Source of the DNA: the human T2T-CHM13v2.0 reference genome, Homo sapiens
DNA length: 64,000 bases
Direction: 5' to 3' (one strand)
Assembly: GCF_009914755.1 (NCBI RefSeq)
Contig: NC_060933.1
Both the position numbers and the translations under genes were made by a program. Below are positions 55,001-64,000 of this stretch, one piece after another; the stretch's first letter is position 1; every line of letters starts with the position of its first letter. The notes under the pieces are model-generated. The model was not told the DNA's origin. It saw only the letters and a list, made by a program, of their open reading frames with translations, and did no database searches.

Positions 55001-55104
55001 AGAAATCTTAGTCTGGCAGCCATGAAGCAAAATACTTCCCTGGCTCCTGGAAATTCCCTCATTGGTATAGTGAGTGCAGTTATAGCACCTACCCTGGATC
55101 CTTT

Positions 55105-55255
55105 TAGTCACACACACAAAGCCCTGTGCTCAGAAGGGCCCCACCATGGGTTTAATGCTCTGCTGTTGCCATCTTGAAATTCTTGATAGCATTTGAATAA
55201 GGACCCCATGTTTTCAACACGCACTGGGCCGCGCATATTGTGTAGCTGCTCCCAT
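55105..55255 (+). mobile_element. MER91A-like hAT DNA transposon
   Basis: gctcagaagggcccc..ggtttaatgctctgctgttgccatcttgaaattctt...gcactgggcc matches MER91A as recalled. Confidence 0.7.
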
Positions 55256-55539
55256 ACCTGCCTCGAGGGGCGTTGTGAGGAGCCATAGGAGGATGTGTGA
55301 CACCTGCATTCCCAGGGCTGGCACCTGGTGACACTCTCAGCAGGGTCACCTGTCATCATTTTAGTTCTGCTCAACCACAACCACAGTCGATAATTCACTC
55401 TTCTGTTTGCTCAGCTTCATTGACTAAGTGCTGTGGTCAGAGACATTGATCAACTGCTGAAAACCCTTCTGCAGCTGCTCCTCACCCTCGCAGGGTTCCC
55501 AGACCTGGCCAGTCTTCCCAGACCTGGCCAGTCTTCAGA

Positions 55540-55705
55540 TTCACCGCTGGAGCTTGTTAAAAATAGATTTCTGGGCTGCACCCGGCCAGGCCCACTGAAT
55601 CAGACTCCCCAAGGTCAGGGCCTGTGAATCTGTGTTGTAGCAAGTTCCCAGGTGACTGACGCCTTCATTAATGCCATGATGGGGGTTTAGGAACCTCCAT
55701 CCTAG
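55540..55705. mobile_element. MER5A-like hAT-Charlie remnant
   Basis: ggagcttgttaaaaat..cactgaatcagact..gaatctgtgt..caagttcccaggtga. Confidence 0.7.
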
Positions 55706-56335
55706 GAGTTTGAACCCAAGCCTCTTGTAATGGTGTTTGGCGCCCTTTCCATCTGGCCCTGCCTGCATTTCTAGCTCTGCTTCCGACGTGTGCCCTAACC
55801 CTATGGGGAAGTGCTGGCTCTCTCTGACTCCCTGGTGGGTGCCTTTCACTCCCATAACACCTTGAGGGGTCCTGAAGCCCCGTTCCCTTTAACAGAATAT
55901 ATTGTTCCTTCTTTTCATGCTTACCAGCACTCAGTTTTTCTTGTTCTCCGAGCACATGTCACGTTGCACTGTGATTTGTTTCTGCTTTATTCCCTGCAGC
56001 CTGAGCTGAGGGAGCTCACCTCTGTACCCTTAGTTAGCAGCAGTAACAAAGAATATTCAGGTTCCCTCCATGCACGCCAGTGCACCCGGTGGACACACTT
56101 ACAGTGCATGTGTCTGCTGGTTCCCCAAAGCCCTGAGCGTACAGTTGGTGCTTGATTCAGCCTGGCTGGGCTGTGGCTGAGTGTCCGCCATGAGCTATCA
56201 CTCTGTGGCTAGCAGACCCAATACCTTCACAGCCCTTGGTGCTCATCTTGCCCCTGGAAGGCTCCTTCCGGTTCCAGCTCAATCCTGGACCTGTGGGAAC
56301 ATCCCCTCCCTGGAGAGCCTTTCCTCCCAGGAGTC

Positions 56336-56611
<276 letters not shown>

Positions 56612-57622
56612 CTCCCAGGAGTGTTTATGCACAGCAGTCATTCTAGGTCACACATGTGCTGTGTGAAAAAGGCACCTAGTAATTGACCACTTACTTTATG
56701 TGATAAGTGTTCCCTCCAGCAGTCTCTTCCTTTTCGGAAATGTCCGGGTGTGGCCACAGGTTAGGCTCCTGAGCTATTGCAACACAGCCCCCAGTTGTCC
56801 CACCAAGAGGTTTTGTTGTTTTTTTCCCCCAGTCCTGTTGGGTTTTAAATATTTTCCTATTCGCTTAATTTTTCTTTTCAGCATTCACTACAGGCAGCTG
56901 GTGACCATGCCAAATGGATTGTTTACTTTTGACTAAATGCTCACTTAGGCTGAGTGTTCTTTGTGAGCTTTAATGACTCACACCTGAGCCATCAAAGACT
57001 GTGCTGTATCTGTCTGGAAGGTGCTTTCCTGAGCACCTACTGTGTGCGCTGCCTGAGGGGGAACACACAGACATAGCAGTTGAGAGCGATGTGCCATCCT
57101 GATTTTCAGAGGTCATTAGTCTCCTGAACTCATATGGCAATAATAATTCCCAACACCTTTGTTTACAGAGCGCTTCATGTGCAGTGATCCTCAGCAGCCC
57201 TGCGGTGTAGGAATGGAAGCATTTGCATGGCTCCTGGAATAAACCAAGGCTGGTGTTCAGCGCCTGGGTTGTTACGGTCTTGCTGGTGCATTTTGCCCAG
57301 TGGGCAGAGATCTGGATCAAACTGCCACCCCGTAGAGTCCCTTGGGCCCGCTGTAAGGCTTGGGACACACTTTCTTCCTCTTGGATGTCCTTTCTAGTAT
57401 GGAAAAAAAATGTGGCTGCTGATGTCTAGAAACTTCCAAATTCCTTGAGAGGACTTGAGCCCAGTGGAGGAGTTATGCTTGATTGAGAAGGAGGCGCTGG
57501 CCAGAAGCACCTGCTCTGCCCGCTGATCTGTGCTGCATTTCAGCTGTTGATGGCGTCAGTGCTTCCTGAGTCTTGGGGAATGCTCCTTGTAATCTCCTTT
57601 CTCTCGTCCTTCTCTTCCTCAG

Positions 57623-57717
57623 GCACATCTCCCTAACACTTCCTGCCACCTTCCGAGGCAGGAACAGCACCCGGACGGACTACGAGTACCAGCACTCCAA
57701 TTTGTATGCCATATCAG
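57623..57717 (+). CDS. MVB12B: MVB12B exon 7, 95 nt, phase 2-1: (R)HISLTLPATFRGRNSTRTDYEYQHSNLYAIS(A)
   Basis: Long pyrimidine tract + cag acceptor, cag|gtatgt donor at 57718; peptide present in ORF 57573..57968. Confidence 0.96.
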
Positions 57718-60700
57718 GTATGTGGAGCCACCGCTGCAGGCCAGCTACAGAGTCTGTGTCCCGGGCGCCACCTCCTTCCACACGTTCTCTGTCTTCTCAT
57801 GGGATCTGTCTGCCTTACCTCTCTTTTCTTCCCTGCAGGGGACCTGTTCCCTGCAGGGACCAGGCCTTCCCTTTCCTTTGTGTCGCCACAGCACTTAGAG
57901 AAGGGCCAAATACTCAGCATGTTTTGAAACTAATGATGAAAAACAATGTGTGGATTTCACAGGGTTGAAGGGAGGTTTCCAGAGAATACTCGCCACATTG
58001 TTCACCTGCCAGACCCGGGCAGGCTTCCCACGGGGCCTCGGGAGCAGCGCCGAGCTGAGCCCTGGTCGGCTCACCCTCCCATATCCAAGTCTGTCCTCAC
58101 CTCTCATTTCTCACAGCCAGGTTTGTGGCCAGCGGGTACACTGGCGGTCTCCCCTCACACCCCTGGAGCATGAGTCTGTGGTTTCTGAACTCGGCCTTGA
58201 AATTGATAGTGTTACCTTGGCAGGAACTTCATCAGTCCTAGTTTTCCTTTTCACCTTCACCCAGGGAGGGGAAAACTTACAAGCCTTATTACAGAATTGA
58301 GATTCATTAGGTGCTTGGCAGCACAGGTGACTTGCTAAGAGCCGAGGAAACCCACAAACTCGCCTCCGATTATCCTGGGCCGCCAGTGAGGGGTGTTTGT
58401 GTATAAGGGGAAAGTGGCAAATCAGTGCCACTTACCAGCACACACCCTTAATGGTGAGTGACATTTTGAACACAGGAACATGGCATTCATTCATGTTCCA
58501 TAATGAATCGGTTATTTAAAAGGTAATCTTTTTTCTAAAAATTGCAACTACAGGTTACTAAATAGATGAAATAGAACAATGGCATAATTCTTGTCAGTAT
58601 TAGTTTTTCTCGTTATGATCACTCCCTAATAGGTTTGGAAGTATAAGCAAAAGCCAGTTGTTCCATTTCTGGGTGACATTCCTGCTGAGAAGGGGAGGAA
58701 CAGGGATGTTCTTAAGCCCCCATCCCTGGCTCCACTGCAGGAGCCAGGCTCTCCAAGGGGAGAGGGAACGTGTTTGTCTAAGAACAGCATCTCCAGGGAG
58801 AATTTCTTTTGTGCTGTGGCTATTTCAGCAGAGTCGACAAGGAGCATAACAAGTGTGGAAAGATGACCTATTTTGTAGAAAAGCTGAATATTTCCCCAGA
58901 TGCTTAGTGGCATAGAGGTGCAGAACAGGCCTGTGGAATCCAGCAGGGCGCCCCCATTCAGAATGCACACAAGGGAAGCTTCATCAAAACGGATGACTTT
59001 TTTTCTGCAGCTCACAAATCTTTTTCCAGCCACAGCGTTTGGCTACACCCACTTTACCTGTGTTCTCTGATGGCTTTCCCAGCTGTTGGCGTTTCTGCAG
59101 GAAAGAGCCACAGAGTGAAATCTCCTATGGTTTGGCAGGAACACTGCTGTCTGCCTCTGGACCGCTGCTTCCTCGCCCCGCAGCTTTGATGAGGTGTTGT
59201 CTGGGTTCATTTCAGCTGTTAGTTTAGCAATACCAAGGTAACAGCCTCAAGACACAGGGGAAGCCATTCAGAAACTTCCTGTTACATTTATGTAAGTGGC
59301 AGTCAATTGGATTTTATCTTCCAAACAGAGGTAGTTGAGGCTACAGCCCACGGCAGCAGGCAATTTCAGGCCTCCTCAGTGGCTGCAAGCACCAAATTGC
59401 TCTGCCAGGGTCCAGGACTGCTTTGTTGTGTTGCTGCCAGAAATACCCTGCAGGACCTGCTGGCTCCATAAGGCCTGCAAGCTCAGCACTGGGCAACTAT
59501 GGTACAACTGGGAAGGCTGCCCGCCCACCCACTGGCAGCCTGCCTGCGAGTCATTCTGGCTAGAAGGGAGCAGAGACCACCTCCCTTACCCCCATATGAA
59601 CAGTATTTGGCACTGAGTGGCCTATCTCAGTTTGGTATTGTGAAGTTAGGGTTTCCAATGGTTTCTTCCAAAAACAGTTAAGGCAAAGTGTGCCCCAGGC
59701 CCTAGCCCTTGCCCAGTACCCATGCCTTGATAGCTGGAGTTCTGCTGATAATGAAATGAATCATCAAACCGTTCTGCCTCTGAACTGGCCCTGGCACAGG
59801 TTCACTGCAGACTTCAGGAGCTGAGCCTTTGGTGCAGACTCCTGGCGGGCTCTGTGTCCCTCCTGAAGACATTCGATTACTGCTCCCTTAGTGTTCCATC
59901 CCTTCCTAAGATAAGTAGGTTTCAAAACAGTGTAATTAGAAATTTGAAAAACAGCCCACACTTAATGTGTATGTATGGTTGTTAAAGTATATTAACTTTT
60001 AAATGTTTTCTCAGTGGCATACCTGCTAGTAGATTCCTTTTCCTGTATCTTTCACTAAGACAGTTGGCTCCCATCATGGCTGCTAAGGGTGAGACGTGGC
60101 ACAGAGTTGCAAGAGACACCAGTGGAGACGATATGTAGTCCCATCCCTGGCACAAAGCAGTGCTCATGATGTGGTCATGGAAGGAAGGAAGAGACGAAGG
60201 GAATCATTTAGCCTCCTGTCTGCCTTGCACAGGAGTACCCTCCCAAAACCCTGGGCCAGGTAGTCATCCTGATTTTGCTGCTTGAATGCCTGTGGTGTCT
60301 GGGACCACCACCTCCTACCAGCCCACCCATCCCTGTGAGATCCTTCCTCGTTAAGCAGGGCTCTATCTTCCTGTTCTTTCACATCCACTCAGCAATTTGA
60401 GACACTGTGCATTCTGCCGACCAAAATTTGCCAGCTGTTCTACACAGTCCAGTCGTATCTCTCTCTTGCCCACGGAAGTGGGGTGAGGAGCTCTAACTCA
60501 GTGCTGAAATCCTGAGATGCCTGTGGCCTGCGCTCTGCTCTCTTGTACCCTAATCCAAACGGCCACGGCCACAAAGCCAGCATCCATCCTCACACTTGTC
60601 CTAGCAGTATCTCCTAGAAAATACAGATGTGCAAAAAGATTTATCCACAAGGATAAGCACCGCCACTTCTCAAAAATAATACTTCAAGTCAGGGGTGGGA

Positions 60701-60895
60701 GGTGGATAGATCTTAAATGCCCCAAACAAAGACGAATGCTTAAATTACAAAACATCCATACAGTAGCCTTAACTTTTCAGCCATCTAGAAGTGATGACTT
60801 AGATTAAAAGATGTATGTGAATATTGTTAAGTGGAAAGAAAAACAGGTAACAAGTCAGAATATGCAGTGATCTCATTTTAACAATTACGTTCTAA

Positions 60896-61060
60896 GCTGG
60901 GAGTGGTGGTGCATGCCTGTAGTCCCAACTGCTCGGGAGACTGAGGAGGGAAGATCCCTTGAGGCCAGGAGTTTGAGGCTATAATGTGCTATTATGATGG
61001 CCTTTGGAAATAGCCGTGCACTCCTGCCTGGGGAACATGGATCTTGTCTCTTTAAAAAAA
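60896..61060 (+). mobile_element. FAM-like fossil Alu monomer (7SL-derived)
   Basis: Monomeric Alu with the extra 7SL-derived segment (..tgctattatgatggcctttggaaatagccgtgcactcc..) and an A-tail. Confidence 0.7.
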
Positions 61061-61658
61061 TTAATTTTTTAAAATTAACAAAAAATACATCTAAAGGTCT
61101 GGAAAGGTCCACACCTAAGTGTTTATGGTGGTTTTCTTGGGACTTTCATCTTTTTTTGGCCTCTTTGCAGTTACTCATTTTCCATAATAGCACGTGTTGC
61201 TTTTGTAGTAAGAAAAAATACACACCTGATGTGAGTGTGGCATGTCCTTGGTAAACCCTGCCGGCCTGCAGGATCACCATTTTCTCCTGAGCACTCATGA
61301 GTCTATGCTTTCGAAGTTTACTGCAGAGCACTTCCAGACCACAGATCAATAATTTTCTTATTGTCCCTTTTAGAAAATATGATTTTTTTTCCCTGTTATG
61401 CAGTCCCCTGAAATCACCTGTTCATTCGAGTTCCTCAGAGATCACTGTCTGTAATTCCAGCACCATCCTTTATGTCCTGCTGGCCCTCTGGATGTGGACT
61501 GGGCAGGCAAGCAGCCGGCTGCTCCAGCCACCTCCCTGCCTTCCTTGCTCTTCATGTCCCCCATCAGTGTGTCACTCTGTAGGGTTTTGAAGATGGTTTT
61601 CCCTAAAAGGATAAAATGATGGTCGCTTGGCTTGGCTCACTCTGTTACCCATCTGGGT

Positions 61659-61986
61659 TAGGGTCAGCAAACTAAAGCCCATGGCCCAATCCCATCCAGG
61701 GCCTGTTTTGTGTGACATGCAAGCCAAGGATGGTTTTAATATTTTTAAATAGTTGGACAAAAATAAAAAGAGTAATATTTAGGGACATGTGAAAATTATA
61801 TGAAAATCTTTAGTGTTTGTAAATAAAGTTTTATTGCAACACAGCCATGCCCAGTCCTTTACAAATGGTCCATAGCTGCTTCACGTTCCAATGGCAGAGT
61901 TAGGTGTGTGCAGGCAATGCCGGATGGCCAAGAAATCCTAAATATTTACTCTCTGGCCTTTTACAGAAAACATTTGCCAACCCCTG
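61659..61986 (+). mobile_element. MER58B-like hAT-Charlie DNA transposon
   Basis: gggtcagcaaact left end, aaataaagttttattg core, ggccttttacagaaaa..ttgccaacccctg right end. Confidence 0.8.
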
Positions 61987-64000
61987 GTTAGGGTCATCAC
62001 TCCTAAGCCATGGGTGCTATTCATCCTTACTCTTTCTAGCTGTAAACAAAATATTTCAAAACAACCTTTTTTGATAGTTCTTACCTTGCTGACTGTAGCT
62101 TTCCTGGTGCTGGTCTTACTGGTGTGACCCCTGTAGCTTTGTGCCTTTGGTTTTTCGAGCATGCCTTTAAGATCTTACCTCTTTGGAGGGCCCTCTTCCG
62201 GGTCATGTTGATTTCTCTAGGTTCTACTCCAACCCCACTCCTGAGTTTCCTGGTCAGGACTCTTAGTGGCTGTTACTTTTCTTAAGAACATCTTATCTTT
62301 CCTGAAAAGTCTTCTATTTTAGTCCCAAATGGTGGCACCCTACCTTTTTTTTTTCTTGGATTTTTTAATATGTTTAGATGTCTGCCCATTCACTCATTTC
62401 TCTTTCATCTATTCCAAAAGGATTTAAGGTAGCTCCAAAAATACATACGGCCAAATGAAAATGGAAGTGAGGAAACACAAGTGAATGGAAATAGGATAGA
62501 AAGTAGGTGCGGCTATGTGCAGGGGATATCTAGATTAGGTTCTGAGGCAGAGGGCTGTCCTTTAGGGGTAAGAGAGAAACAAGCTAGTTGCTTGGGAAGA
62601 ACTGAACTATTCTCTTAAGCCCGAAGAGCTGTCCTTCCTCATAAACAGGGTCCCGTGGGTCAGCGCTGACTCCCACATATGCATTCCTTAGAAAGCTGAA
62701 CAAAATGAGCAAAAAACCTCTACCGCCAAAATGAGTGCTCTTGTTTTCTTTATTTCTTTAGTTCTGCACTTTCCCACATTATTGCCACATGAGTGTTAGT
62801 CCTATGGATACATATTAAAGCTAGTAGACGTCTCAGACAACACTGGACATGAATGAGAGAAATATAAATATTTACCACCTTGCGGGGGGGAGGAGGGCTC
62901 CATAAAATGCTGTAAACAATGTAACAATTGCTTTTCAATGATTATAACTCTAAGTTTGATAAGAACAGCTTATACATATATATATATCCATGTATTGGGG
63001 GGACACCTACTTGTTTGAAATGAATCTAAAATGTCTGAAAGTTGAGTGAGATGTTTCTTAAGAAATGTTCTTGTGGTGGGTGTCAGGCACCTTATGGGAC
63101 TGGAGACCTCGGGGAATGTCAGGAAAGACAGATCTTCCCCGACCCCCTGCCCAAACCTGCTGCTCACAGCTGCCCCAGAGGCTTCCTATAAGGAGAGGGG
63201 CCACCAAGGAGAGCACAGTGCGGCTTTTCTAACCTAGGAGGGTTTTTTGTCTTACGGCAGGTTTTGCTTAACAAACGGGACTGTGGGATGGGAAATGATA
63301 CCATCCTATTCTTTTGTTGTGTTTGTTGTTGTAATCTGATTTCTATCTCCAAGTGCACAGTTTTTAACCATAGAAAGCTTATTTATCTCTTTTGAAAAAA
63401 AATTGACATAGTAAAATTAAGCAAATACCTATTAAAACTGGCATATAATAAGACCAAAAAATCTCGAACACCCTATGAATGCAGGGTGAGCCACAGTGCA
63501 GAAACTCTGCAAAGCCACACAGTGCAGTGAGCTGCGGGGCTAGGACTGCTTTCCTCTTTAGGACCTAGACAGGTTGGCTCACTGACATCTTCATTTATCC
63601 ATCAGCATTAGGCTGACTATTAAAGTGAAGGGGGCACACAATTGTCCCAGGACAGAAGCTGTAACCTGAATCTATCCTGGCAGACTGGGGTGTATTGGCC
63701 ACTCCTCTGCCTTCAGCTTTTTTTCTTTTTTTTTTTTGCTTTTCTTTTTGATTGCTGGAAAAGCCAGCTTATTGCCCTCCACAGCTGTTTGCTTTTTAAA
63801 AACCAGCCCCCCTTTCAGGATGTTTGACACCAGGAAAGATGTCGGTGTGGTCAAGTCAGTGTCCATCATCTCATCAGTTTGGATCATGGCCCCTTGTACA
63901 GAGAGAAGGAGGATTTTATCTGTAACTCAGAACCGTGGGTGAGCCATGTAGCTCTGACATTGGAGTAGGAAAGCACAAAGCAATTAAAAATAATTAATGA

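Overview
Human (primate) genomic DNA lying entirely inside the MVB12B (FAM125B) gene on the + strand; MVB12B is an ESCRT-I subunit at 9q33.3, between PBX3 and LMX1B. Five internal coding exons (conventional exons 3-7: 16835-16942, 22333-22429, 27837-27966, 31346-31468, 57623-57717) splice in frame with canonical AG/GT sites. They encode most of the MABP domain and the linker towards the UMA domain. Read-through of the exon 6 donor gives an immediate stop (AGG TGA), i.e. a short MABP-only isoform ending by intronic polyadenylation. The lncRNA NRON lies antisense in intron 6 (~43545-46275). The most interesting observation is a 135-nt, stop-free, phase 2-2 cassette-exon candidate on the + strand (44190-44324, perfect AGG|GTAAGT donor). 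It sits directly opposite NRON and would insert 45 aa into the MVB12B linker; an RBFOX-motif cluster readable on both strands lies downstream. Other candidates are a frame-preserving or alternative first exon in intron 2 (12181/12217-12399), a recursive-splice or poison-exon site at 17411, a CTCF site at ~34435 and a ~100-bp dispersed direct repeat. The rest is intronic repeat landscape (Alu, FAM, L1, L2, L3/CR1, MIR, MLT1, MER DNA transposons, microsatellites). Repeat subfamily calls and boundaries are by eye and approximate; most entries in the ORF track are spurious.
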